64,000 nt of DNA, from positions 118,544,001 through 118,608,000 of the forward strand of contig OZ024742.1 of assembly GCA_964016885.1 (NCBI GenBank). Reading direction: 5' to 3'. The first letter of the stretch is position 1. Each line of letters begins with the position of its first letter. Origin of the DNA: Eledone cirrhosa (taxonomy: Eukaryota). This document shows, piece after piece, positions 12,770-25,547 of the stretch. The translations under genes and the position numbers were made by a program. Under the pieces are notes generated by a model. The model had not been told where the DNA came from. It saw only the letters and a program-made list of their open reading frames with translations, and searched no databases.

Positions 12770-14567
12770 CTAGGGTAAAAACAAAAGATTATTTATTATT
12801 GAGAATACAATATGGACATAATGTTCGTGAAATGATATATGGGTTATATTTAAAATGAAAACAATAATGGAATAATCTCTTCCAAACTGTAGAGCTCTGA
12901 AATAGAACATTTTATTATTATTATTACTACTATATATTATAAACTATGAATTTTTTTTTTTTTTTTTTTGTGAAATGGTTTGATATACAGGGTGATCCGA
13001 CAGTCTTGTCACCCCTTGTCACATATTGTTTTAACTTTCATTATTGTTTTGTTCTAATAATAAAATATATATCATTAATTATAATATATAGTAGTAATAA
13101 TAATAATAAAATGTTCTATTTCAGAGCTCTACAGTTTGGAAGAGAGGCTGCTTGCAAGTGTATGGACACATGATCGTGTGCATTCTGGCAGGAACATGGA
13201 GGATGTGCGACATGACTTGACTGCAAGATTCGGCAAACCAGCTCCTCCGAAGAGGACGATACTGCGATGGGAACAAACTGTTTCTCATTACTTTTTGGAC
13301 CACCCTGTACATATTTTAATTACTTCCCTCATCATGATTTCTCACAATCACCTTTAATACGTAAAACTGTGATAAGAAATTTCAACCCATATTCGAAACA
13401 GTGAACCATTGATCGGAGAAGTCTGTATCTTATTAACTTATATTTTTTGTTTTGAAATATGAAACCGAAAGTATCAAGTTGGGGTAGTTCCAGTAATTAT
13501 GTAGACCGTTATCGCCATAAATATAAATACACAGCCGATTTTCTGGCATTATCCGTTTTGTTAGACTAAATAATTCACTGGAATCATAAAACCGGAAACA
13601 CTCCCTTTCCTTCAACTATGATATGAAAGGGTAAATGTTTAAAACTAAATCTAACACCACGTGTTATCAACCTAACGCGAATTAGTGTGACTGGTGGTAA
13701 TTTTAAGTGTCTGCCCATAATTATTTCCTAACTAAAAGAGATGCTTGCCCACAGTTGCCAGAAAATAGATGTTATATCTGTATATACAAATACTGGCGTA
13801 AAATAACATTGAGGGGAAAAGATAGCCTTTTGGGGTAGAACTGCATAACTTAAAATTCTTGTCCGTCTTCCTTAAATCTTTCGCCTAATTTAAAATTCAA
13901 TATATACTAATTGTACCAAGTTCAATCAATCATGTTCCCATAACTGGTGCAACTTGTCGGAGTGCCTTTCTAAGCATTTTCGCAGTCAGTAGTCACCAAT
14001 GGTCCTCCAGCGTGTACAGAAGGAACTCAGTGTTGTCGCCTGTTCAGTTCTTGATGTTATTGGACCAAAATTTTCTTCGCCCTCCTTCAAATTTTTTGGA
14101 CGGAGTCGCGACACGATACGTGACCGTACAAGATGAGCCTTCATCTTTTTACTTTCGCAAGGAGTAGTTCTTGTTTGACAAAGAACTGTGTCTTTTGGTC
14201 TGGACGGAATGAGTAGAAACCTTCTGAAGCACTCGTGTTCAAACGCCTAGATCCTTCGTTCCATGCCGGTTATACAGGCCTCTACAGAATATTCCAAGTC
14301 ACTAGGGACTCGTTTGAAAACTGGTGGGATTGCTTTCAACTTCATCGTGGCGGGAAAGCCAGCTTGAATCTTGTCATTATCTTTCATTCAGTTGTCGCCC
14401 TAGGTTACGATAGATTCGAGGTACTTGACTTGATCCACATCGATTTTCTTCCGTTCAGCATGATATTGGTTGTTGTACTTTGATTATATACCAAGTTACG
14501 AAATCGTTAAAAGTGAAAATTGATAAAGAAAATACACATGAAAATAAAATAGTAAAATATTTCTTAC

Positions 14568-14729
14568 CTTTCCGGATGATTGAATTCCTTTGATAATGCA
14601 AATAAACACTAGAAGCCATGCAACAACTAAAGAAACCAAAATCCACCAACTCATGATACCAGATTTATCCACCGAATCTGAGATATTTAGAGTTTCTCTG
14701 TACCAGAAATAAGCAGTAGGACCGCTTCT
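14568..14729 (-). CDS. SLC6 transporter coding exon 3
   Basis: RSGPTAYFWYRETLNIS...WLLVFICIIKGIQSSGK; 162 nt, AG/GT, phase 0->0. Confidence 0.95.
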
Positions 14730-15297
14730 CTGTGAAAAGAAATGGAGAATGTGCATGTATGTAAATATATATATATATATATATATTATAAATGTTATGT
14801 TTGCCAAATTACAAGCGTTTAAATATTATATTGCAAGAAATAAATAACTAGTGTAATATGTTAGTGTTGCAATTACAAGGTGAAATGTAGTTGATCGTTT
14901 ATCACAGAGAAAAAATAATCAATAGGATTTACAAAATGATACTATATATATTCATTACGTTTTGATTGAACATAAATCTATATATAATATAAAAGAGATG
15001 TTGGTTGGTTGGTTCCTTAGCGCATCACACGAACACAAAAACTGACAATCAAAAACTATGCACAGCAATGGAATAAGGGTATATACAGGAAGGTTTATTG
15101 AAACTATAAAATCAAAGAAAAACATCCCGGGTATCCTAACCAATCTGACTGCTATTTCTAGCGGGTTTGGAATCAACCACAAGGGATTCTCTCTGCGCGT
15201 TCGTTGTCAGTGATGATCGTGTTTCGCGGCCAGCGTCTCCGATTCGAACGCTTGTTTACATGCACACGCGCGCACTCACACACATTTATATATTTTA

Positions 15298-15666
15298 TAG
15301 CTGACGTACCCAGCTTCGCCCTGGTAAACTCATAAGAGAAGACAAGTAGAAAAGAAAACGACTGTATTGGATGTGTTGTCTGGTTTACAATATGAGGCAA
15401 GACCATTGTGAAAGAGAAAAAGCAAAAAAAAAAGTTTATTCATCCCGATACACTAGATTCTTTGTTTTACCGCGACCACAAATAAAGCTCAGGTCAGGCT
15501 CTTAGTTTCAAAGTTGTAGGACTGAATACAAAAGAATCGCTTTTTACTCAAGGACAGTTATATGTAGATTGTTCACGAGTGGAAACATCTAGAAATTTTC
15601 ATATACTATGCACGAACGGTAAAGCGAGGAATCTGGTGTATCTGGAAGCTTTTTTTTTTTACTGTT

Positions 15667-15723
<57 letters not shown>

Positions 15724-15795
15724 TCAGACAACGCATCCAATACAGTTGTTTTCTCTTATATGTTTACCCGAGCGAAGCTGGGTACACCAGCTAGT
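15298..15795 (+). mobile_element. Non-autonomous Helitron remnant with inverted ends
   Basis: Degenerate helicase C-terminus (NKAQ.., QGQLYVDCSRV..NGKARNLVYLEA); 3' hairpin ACCCGAGCGAAGCTGGGT followed by CTAG; inverted copy of the 3' end at 15298-15389. Confidence 0.75.
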
Positions 15796-16993
15796 ACATT
15801 ATAATTTAGCTTATAAATAGATTGTGGTGTCTGTTTCTTTCTCGAATATGTTACGGTGTTAGTGAAATGACCTCGGCCGACAAGTGAATCTCCTTTTATC
15901 GGTTGCTGGCTTACCAGATTATCTTTTGCTTTACAATACTCCCATTGAAACTGGGTGTAGTAAGAGGGGTCTTTTACAGCAACTATTTGGGATATACAGT
16001 ACTCTAGAGTAACTATTTAAGGGAGGGTTTATATATCCGTTTAACGCCTTTAAAAAGCAGGAGCTATGCATCATCACATCTTAATATGTAGTGCCTTTGA
16101 ATAATTGCTACAAACAATCTCACACGGGTCAAAAACCTTAATTTCAATCTATATTGAATTATTGCTGGTGAACGAGCTCTAAACGGGTCTCTTGAAATTC
16201 AGGTATTTCTTAGTCAATTTATTCTAAATTTATAAGTGTCACTTCAGACTAAACAGATTCGTAAAGTCTTATTTCCAACCTCTGTAATGTTACTCAAATA
16301 CGAATTCTGTATGAAGAACACATACTTAAGTGAAGTTTAACAATAGTGAAAAATACATACTTTAACATAGTGAGCCAAAACTTTCTCTCACTACTTTCAG
16401 TAAGTTAGACCCCAAGTATATGTACTTAATGTAGGAGGCATCAATGGGAAATGTTCTATGTCACTGTTAAGGCTTGTTTATTTGTTATTGTTGTACACAA
16501 GGTTTTCCCCCAGTCTATCACAACTTCATATGCTAGTTGATTTACATGATAGCCTATTAACCTGATGGGTTTTCAACTAGTATATAATAACCATGGTACA
16601 TAGGAACTCTAAATCCACCTAATATTTATACAATTTATACAATAACCAAAGAAAAACAGTTCAAGATTTCCCAAATATTACTAGGTAATAACTTTCTGTA
16701 TCAAATAGAAAATATGAAGACTAAAAACTTCTTTCCCTGCTAAAACGATAATTCTAACTTTTCAAAGCCAGCAATCTGGAGAAAGGGGAAAGTCAAAGTT
16801 GACTTTGGCGGGATTTGAATTCGGAACGTAAAAAGTCGTAACTAATTACCACAAAGCATTTTGTCCGCTGCTCTACCGATACTGCTAATCTACCCACCTC
16901 GCTAAAATGAGAGTAATCAAATCTGATCATCAGCTATAAAGCGAAAGCAAAATATATAAATGATCAGCAACGAAACCTTTTTATAAAACTTAC

Positions 16994-17307
16994 CCTGCAT
17001 TCTTCAACTAGGCGGGTTTCATTCTTGTATCTTCCAACTTGTACGGTAGGACATTTTTCCCATGGTAAATGGCTTCGAAAACTGAGGAACAAATAGTAAA
17101 GGCACCAGGCAATAATTGTGTTATAATAGAGTCCTACAATGAATGAAACTATTGCACTGCATATTCCAATGCCTCCCATATATGGGCTTATTTGATTCCA
17201 AGCACCGATAGCTCCTTTCCGCATTCGTTGTCCTAATGCAAGTTCCAGAAAAAATATCGGAATACCTTCTACAGCAAGCATCAAAGTGTACGGAATTAAG
17301 AAGGCAC
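16994..17307 (-). CDS. SLC6 transporter coding exon 2
   Basis: GAFLIPYTLMLAVEGIPIFFLELALGQ...YYNTIIAWCLYY...LPWEKCP; cag acceptor, gtaagt donor; 314 nt, phase 1->0. Confidence 0.95.
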
Positions 17308-18061
17308 CTGTTCAAAGAGATGAGAATTTTGAAGCGAGTAACGACTATAATTCTTTATTCATACGAGACGAAAATGTTATAAATTTCGTGGGAAAAAAAT
17401 ATTTGTTTCTACTTTTGGCACAAGGCCAGCAATTACCCAGTACATTGCTGGTACTTTATTTTATCGACCCCGTAAGGATGAAAGGCAAAATTAATATCAT
17501 AAAGCAAAGAATATTAAAGCTATTTGGCAAACCTAGTTTTAAAATTATACAAGTTTTTCCCCATCGACCACACTTTTAAAACAAAGTTTTGGCATTTTGT
17601 CTGTTTAACCTTCTTTTAACATTTATTCCATTAGCTAATATGTACGTACAAGAAGCTTTTTAATGTACAATTTGTGAATTATTTACTATAAATAATAGTT
17701 TCGAATAATATAATTTATGTTTGTTTTTATTTTTCAAGCATATTCGTATCGAAATCATGAACTAACTTTACAATTTTAATAAGAGCTTATTCAAAATGTA
17801 GACATTTTGCTGTGTCTTCTATAATCAACCTTGAGACATACGAGTCAACAACATAGATCACGATTTCGACTTATTTAGGTGGCTTTATTCAACTTCAGTC
17901 AAAGCCAGAAGTAGATTTTCCGATTAGTATAAACAGAATATTACGTAGAATATTCTATATGCTGTCAATAGTTTCAATGAAAAATATACACTTTAAACTA
18001 TTTGCGCATATATGCATAATACCGCTAACTATTTTGATTGCAGAATATAAATATGTCTTAC

Positions 18062-18431
18062 CTCCACCATTTTTCTGAACAAGGTAGGGGAAACGCCAGA
18101 CGTTTCCCAAACCAACAGCATAGCCAATTACGGCCAACATATACTGAAACTTGTTGTCCCAAGCTCCTCGGGATCTGCTTGGAGTATTTTGTTCCTCTTC
18201 CATTCGAAGGGCTTCCATTAATACTTCAGACGATTTATTCGTTGCATCACTAGCCACTGAAGGACAAGTTCCATTGACACCATTCTGTCTTTTTCCAATC
18301 CCGTCGATAGTCGAGATGCTGAGATCGTGCCTATTGTTAGATATTTGACTTAACCCATCTTCATTGTCTGAAATACTTACTAAATACGAATTTGATCGTT
18401 GCAATTTTGGTGGCAGGCGGTTTGTGTCCAT
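18062..18431 (-). CDS. SLC6/NSS sodium-dependent neutral amino acid transporter (SLC6A15/17-like), coding exon 1
   Basis: MDTNRL...[36 protein letters not shown] contains the SLC6 TM1 signature. Donor GT at 18061-18060 (phase 1). An acceptor (ttttacag) lies 5 nt upstream of the ATG, so a 5'UTR exon exists further upstream. Confidence 0.95.
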
Positions 18432-18508
18432 ATTGCTGTAAAATGAAATTTGTTAACGTTCACTTAGAACACAGACATAAAATATATTATATATAATATA
18501 TATATAAA

Positions 18509-18622
18509 TAGGGTGTCCCAAAAAAATGTATACACATTTTCTACAAATATTAAAGAAACATTCTAACAAATATTGCCTGTACAGGTAATCAAAGTGTGTA
18601 TACATTTTGGGGGACACCCTGT

Positions 18623-18623
<1 letters not shown>
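18509..18623. mobile_element. Short Tc1/mariner-type MITE
   Basis: TA-(C/T)AGGGTGTCCC...GGGACACCCTG-TA terminal inverted repeats; copies at 35858-35961, 50331-50412, 58510-58612 and a partial copy at 63143-63230. Confidence 0.8.
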
Positions 18624-18676
<53 letters not shown>

Positions 18677-18887
18677 GGACAACAGTGGTTTAAAAGTACT
18701 CAATACTGGATGTAGAATAATATTTAAGTGAATAAAAGATAGTACTAAATAAATACTCGAATGCTATTTAATTAAAATTTTATCTTTGGAGTTTTGGGAA
18801 ACAATACTGAACAGAGTTATAAAACTTCCTCTATAATTAATAATGAAATAATTAACGGTGTGAGTGAGTATTGGGAGGGTATGGCAT

Positions 18888-19073
18888 CAGATCTGCCAAC
18901 CTCTAAAAACCCAAACAGGGAGTACCATGAAAAAAAGTGCCCCAAAATGGGAAGAAATGAGGCAAAATGGGGAGATTTTATAGAATGAAAGCTATACCCA
19001 TTTTCACAGAAACGGGGAGAAATGAGCCAAAACGGGGATATCGCCCCGTCGGGCGGGGGAGTTGAAAGGTCTG
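18888..19073. mobile_element. Small TIR element (hAT-like MITE)
   Basis: CAGATCTGCCAAC ... GTTGAAAGGTCTG imperfect TIRs with internal repeated AAA(T/C)GGGGA motifs. Confidence 0.5.
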
Positions 19074-21859
19074 TGACATTTGGAAAGAAGAAAGTGTAAG
19101 AGACGTGCTAGATTGTAAAGAGAAGAAGAAAGCGAGCAAGAATTTAGAACATTAAATTATGTAAGAGGTGGAATGTCCGGCAAAATATTTTTAAATAACG
19201 AAATAATTAAATGAAAAAAAAACATTGGATGCAAATATTGGTGGTACGGTAACTGTGTATGGTTATCATTACTTCATTGAATCAATGAGCAACTAATTGG
19301 TTATGTTCTTTAAATGTGTTGGGTTAATATACAAATATTTTTTTTTTATATAATTTCAGAAGATTTCTTTAAGATATTTTCTTTAAAATACAGTTTCAAA
19401 ATTATAATCCTTTTCTATAATATAGTTTTAGAAATATAATTTTAAAAAATTACAATTTTTTAATATATAATCTTAAGATTAAATTCGTTTTCTGTAACAT
19501 ATTTATCTCTATCATGGAATATAATTACGATATATTTGGGGTTTTAAACTTGCTGAAAATTGATTTAAAATTATCTATTGAACCATGGTAGGGGTAGCAT
19601 GGGACATGGGGGGAGTAAATATAGCAGAACTATTATTTCTGGTTTGTTTTGAGGAGACTAAGTTTCGCTGGCAGATAATTTTGACAATGACTACATAATG
19701 CTAATAGATTTTTTAACGATCCGTTTATAAAACTGGGTATAACTATTTTAAAAATTATATTATTATATGGTTAAATGAGTAGTTTTATTTGAATAATTTT
19801 GAAAATATTAAAAAGTACAATTCTGTAATGGATCGGGAATAGCAATCCGAAATTATTTTGTTTGAAAGCAGCCAGCATAAAAGCCAAAATAAATTGTAAC
19901 GATGTCTTTTTTTATTCAATATAACCTCACCCACTATTCCACGATAAAGAAATACATGAAATATCTTAAAGAAAACATTTATAATCTTATTATATAATTT
20001 AAATCTTATTTTGTAAAGCTATATTTTTGAGAAAATACTTTTAATATATTATACTTAGGTATATCCTAATGTTTGTTGAGTGAGATGGAGTTGGTCAGAG
20101 TATCGCTTAAGGCTTTCTCTGTTAATGTATTAAATATATATAAATAAACATTGATTAATGACTAAAATATATTTTTTTTATATTTTGAAGAACGCAATCA
20201 ATTACTTACACATGAAGTAAACTTTTAGATTCATAAGTAGCCATAGAGTTACTGCTGAATAATCAATATTTCCGTCTAGACCAGCCGATACCCTGCTCTT
20301 CTTTTTAAAAATGATTTCAATTGGTTTGTCCCATTTGGTAAGATTGGCATTTCGACAAAATTGGCTGGTCACCCCACCTTTACATGAAAGAATGTTCTAA
20401 ACCTGCCACCCCTTGCTCACTTTATTAGTCTTTCAACAACCTGATGGCCTCTCCTCCCTCTCTCTACAACCTATATTTCTCCTACGATATCCTCCCACAC
20501 ACTCAATTCCATATCCTCTCAATAACTACTTTTCCCTAACTCACTATTAACTATATAAGCAATATTTTGCCAACTCCGTTCAATATCCTTTCCTAGAATT
20601 GTAAAAGACGAAACATGCTAAATGGTATTCAGAAATTTATTTAGTGTTATATCATATTTACTATACTATACATAACCACGTACACACATGTACGTGCGTT
20701 CATTCTCCTCAACATCTATTGTGTAGTGCACGTCGGACTTTTTTTCACATCATGCTGGAGCCGCCGTTAAAATTGTAATTAAATGAGTTCAAATCCTGCC
20801 GAGGTTAACTTTGCCTTTCATCCTTACGGGGTGGATAAAATAAAGTACCAGTAATACACTGGGATAATTGCTGGCCTTGTGCCAAACGTAGAAACAATTA
20901 TATTCCTACTCATGGACGGTGGATTGGCAGAATCGGTAGAGGGTCGGACGCCATGCTTTGCAGCATAGAGTTACGGTCCTTTACGGTTTGAGTTCAAATC
21001 CCGCCGAAATTAACTTTGCCTTTCATCCTTACAGGGATGATAAAATAAAAGTACCAGTAATGTACTGAAATAATTGCTGGCCTTGTACCAAAAGTAGAAA
21101 AAATTATATTCCTACTCATGACGGAAACATGGATTTACCAGACCGCTTTCAAATGTCATTTTATTACATTAAATGTCATTTTATTTTCCCCACGAAGAGA
21201 AATAATTAATTTGAATAAATCGCGATCGAAGCACTATTTATGCAAATCGAACTAACCATTGGTTTCAGTAATTAGACAGTGGCTATACCCAATTTTTCAT
21301 ATCTAGAACTTATTTCATCGATCTCGTTTTGTCAAAACACTAAATTATGGGACATACGCACGCGCGTGCATGTATATATATATATATCTATAGATAGATA
21401 GATATAGATATATAACAGGCTTCTGCAGTTTCCGTCTACCGAATTTCACTCACGAGCCTTTAATATAAGGCACTTGCCTTAGATGTCACGCAATGAGATT
21501 GAACCCAAAGCCATGTTGTTGCGAATTGAAACGAGATTTGAAACCGATCAGGTATATCCATTCAGTGTGTCGGCGGGGAGAAAAAAAAGAATGTTGGTTT
21601 GTAGTAGTTATATTACAACGACAGCTCCAGTGTGCTGTGAAAGAAATTTAAAACTGACAATGGGTTCATTGTCAGTTTTTAATTTCTTTCGTAGCACACC
21701 AAAATTAATTAATATGAATAAATCACCAACGAAACCCTTCTGACTGGGATATGTGGAGGTCATTGGTTGATGGCTTTAAAGAAAAGGGAATTCTTTAAAA
21801 ACGTCATTGTGTATAAAACTACGCATATGTAGTATAACCTTATATATATATATAGAATC

Positions 21860-22212
21860 ATTAGAACAACTGACTGATAAAATGACAAGTCAGTCAATCA
21901 TAGTGGTGGCCTCCCCACAGCCCCGGCGGACAGAATGGAGAGGGCGTTTCCCCGGAGGATGGCAAGGGAGACGCGCTGGAAAAGCCATTCCAGCTTGCGA
22001 GGCTCACACCTGCGGCTGGCCAGCTCAGTGCCTATGGTGGTGAGTAGGGAGGTAGCCCTGGGGCCGAGAACACCTGAAGCCTCCACTGCCAAGGGTACAA
22101 CTGCAAACCTGTCAGAGAGCGACCGGTATTTGAAGAATTTGGTCTCCTCAGCTCGACGTGCAGCAGAACCTGGGTTAGTCGCAGACTGCACCATGTTGCG
22201 GCTTTGCAAATC
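21860..22212 (-). mobile_element. 3' fragment of CRE-like RLE non-LTR retrotransposon
   Basis: AARRAEETKFFKY..VVPLAVEASGVLG..LFQRVSLAILRGNALSIL is the typical CRE-clade C-terminus; GC-rich island. Confidence 0.75.
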
Positions 22213-22529
22213 GAATTCATCGTTTGAGTAAACCCATTACATTTAATGATTATATATAGTTATTAGCTATATTTCTCTGGCAGATCATATTTGAAACAGA
22301 TCGGGTAGATTTAGTTTTCTGTCAACGAAGTGAAAGAAAAAGACATTTGTTTACAATTGTCACAATTTAGTAACGGCTTCGATGGTGTGTTGCGATAAAA
22401 GATTCACTTTGCACCAAACTATAAATATGCATGGGGAGGGTGGGGATTTTAAAGCTTAGAGCAATTCAAAAATTACTATTAGGGCTCGATTTTCGCGTAT
22501 ATCACATGTATATATGTATGTATATTTAT

Positions 22530-22853
22530 GTAGTGTACCCCCCGGCATTCGCGGTCCCTGTTATTCGCTGAATTTTCCTAAGAACCTAACGAGTAATTGT
22601 TCGTGGAAATCACCGCATATTCGCGAAATCGTAAATATCTTCCGTGATTTTTTATGGTTTTTTGTGGCAATATATATTTTCACGCTTTTTAACGCTAAAT
22701 TATTAATAACAATATACCGTATTTGCCGGCCTATATTTTACGTTATGTTTTGACGTTTATAGGCATTTTTATGGACCACATCCAATATTCGCGGTTTTCA
22801 CTCTTCGCGAGTGCTCTAGAAACGTAACCCCTGCGAATACCGTGGGGCAACTA
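22530..22853. mobile_element. MITE (pogo/Tc1-like), second copy reversed at ~59662-59940
   Basis: Imperfect TIRs (CCCCGGCATTCGCGG / CTGCGAATACCGTGGGG); the internal sequence recurs in reverse at 59662-59940, bounded by TA-CAGT...ACTG-TA. Confidence 0.7.
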
Positions 22854-25547
22854 TATATGTGTGTGTGAGAGAGAGAGTGTGTGTGTATGTTATGTGTATG
22901 ATTACTTGCTGGACTCTCAGAGTTGAGTTTCGAACCTACTTTCGAGATCATAAAATTGATTTAACTATTCTAAAGCAGCAAATATTTGTTTGTTTAAACA
23001 TCAAACAACGGCAATGAATCTCTGCCTCTAATTAACAAATCTTGCTAAAGATAAATTAGGATATCGTATCACCTATTGGGTTGTTTAATATAAGCACCAC
23101 CATTATATTATGAAGAATTCCACTACTTACATCTAGGAACAGTACATCTCCATGGTATCTATTTACAGCCATGTGGACTATGTCATTGAGAGCAAAATGA
23201 CCTTGCGGTGAAGACAAAGCATAGTTCGCGTCAGAATACAAGCAGTCATCCTTCAAGTTGTGGGCCGACATCCTCAACTATTTCTCTGAAGTTATCAAAA
23301 ATGTTTTATATAGTTAACCGTTTTTTAATTGATTTAAATCATCTTTTATAACTAGTTTCCAATTTATATTCATTCAGCTGTAACTATACTATCCAGCAAA
23401 TCAAGATTATACTCAAAATTCTGTCATGCTTGATAATAATTTGACAGCTTGGCAATCAAGTTGCACATTTGTATGTATGCTATTTTGTGTGGGTGGTAAA
23501 GCTCACTGACGGTAGAAGGAGCAATATGATAAGCAAATCTTATTCTGTAAGTTTTTATTTGTTTGTGAAGTAAGAAAAGACTTGAAGCGGAGCATTTTTG
23601 ACAGATATGTGCATCTGACAAACTGTCAGACAGGATATTTACTCTAAATATTTATCATAAGGTAGCTACAATTACTGATAGTTGACCATGTCAAACGCTT
23701 TCAAACGATCTAAATTGATCACAGCTCCTCTAAAACCATATCTGTACCCAATTATCTCAGCTGAGATAAAGAATGTTTATTTCGGTTTCCCTGAACGACA
23801 ACCATTTGTTCAGATTCGACAGCATTGCCAAGGACAGATAATCAAAATCTGTATCAAAGTTAGTTAATATTATGCCCTAAATCATCTCCTACTTATTATA
23901 ATTACCTCTCGTCTCACACACCTGAGAATACTCCTAGTCTGATACCATTTGAGGAACATGTAAACCAGTTCAGACGTTTATAAGCCTGCCTTATTCTGAT
24001 ACAGATCTTATGGTAGACCATCCTCGCTTGACAATTTGTCCTTTCAGTAGCTGCTCAACACTTCTCGTATATCAAATGTTATGTATTTCTCTCCATATCA
24101 CTGATTGTTGTTACAAACCGTCGAAATGAGAATTAAAGTCAACCATATTCAGTTCACTCTTTTTTAACGAAGCGTTGTTCAAGGCTTGCACATATTTTCT
24201 TGGAATCGAAATCCTACATTGATTGGGTGCTGTCAAAATCTTATTGTAACGGTGTTTCTAGATCACGCTTCTGTGAGCCAGGCACAACAGACGGCTTTCA
24301 TAGCCTCATATCTTAAATCATGTGTCAATACAACGTAACTTTAAAGTTTAGTAAATAGTTAATGACCATTATCATCACTAGGACATTGGCTGCAATGTCT
24401 TGCTCTGCTGGAAACAATGTATTCAATTACTAATCCAAAATTGACCGTGCATATCACAACATTATTATTTGTGTCGCGAAGATACCTGAAGAAATGTTAG
24501 CATCAACACTCTCTATCCTTCAACATGTTGAATACATTATATCCAACCTATTGTGATTTATCTATGCTCGCATTGGCATTCGAAGATTTTTTCACTGTGA
24601 AACTGACTGAGCAGTTTTATATAGCTTCTATACACTCACCTTCTATCCTTCCATTAGACACAATCTCATTATCACACGAAATGCCATATGATGACAGACA
24701 CAAACTGTCACTAGCCTCAGCTGACTGTCAAGGCTGTTGTTATTCAATGCTATAGATTAACATAGCCGCTGTATGTTCTGTACATAAAGTTTTTGTTTCG
24801 GTGATGTGTATTTCCATAGTCTGACCAACAGAAGTACATATACATTGAATTATAGCGTAAGTGGCAGTGTATTTCACATATATCTATGTTTGTATGAAGG
24901 CACGTGCCTTACTGGTTAGTCTATTCGGCTCACGGTCGTAAGGTCTTCAGTTCGATTTACAGCAGGGGGTTGTGTCTTTGAGTAAAGTATTTCAGCTTGC
25001 TCTAGTTAGTCCACTGAGCTGACAAAAATAAACCGCATGTGCAATTCAAAGAACCAGTCTTGTCACACTTTGTTTCACGCTAAATCTCCCTGAGAACTGT
25101 TAAGAGTACACGGGTCTGAAGAACGTTCAGCCGCTTGCATGTTAATTTCATGGGGAGGCAGTTCTGTTTATCGAATCAACTGAAACATTCAACGTCGGAG
25201 TATATATGTATGTATGGTTGAGAGAGTGGGACTGGCTTTGTGTAGTGCCTTTGCTCACTATAAAAGCTTCACGGCACAGGCATTGCTTTATATCTGGAGA
25301 TCTTTCTGCACTTGTTGTCACATGGTATCATGGGCCCAGCACTATGTGTTAATAATTGTCACAAGCGTAGTGTTTGTACCAGAGTTTTCAAGTCGCTGGC
25401 TGGACTGAAAAGTCACACTCGTTCAGCGCATCGGTAGGGGTTCTCCTACATGGATATAAGGTAGTGGCCGTACTCGAAAACGAGTTGGCAGTCACCATCT
25501 ATGTATGTATGTATGTATGTATGTATGTATGTATGTATGTATGTATG

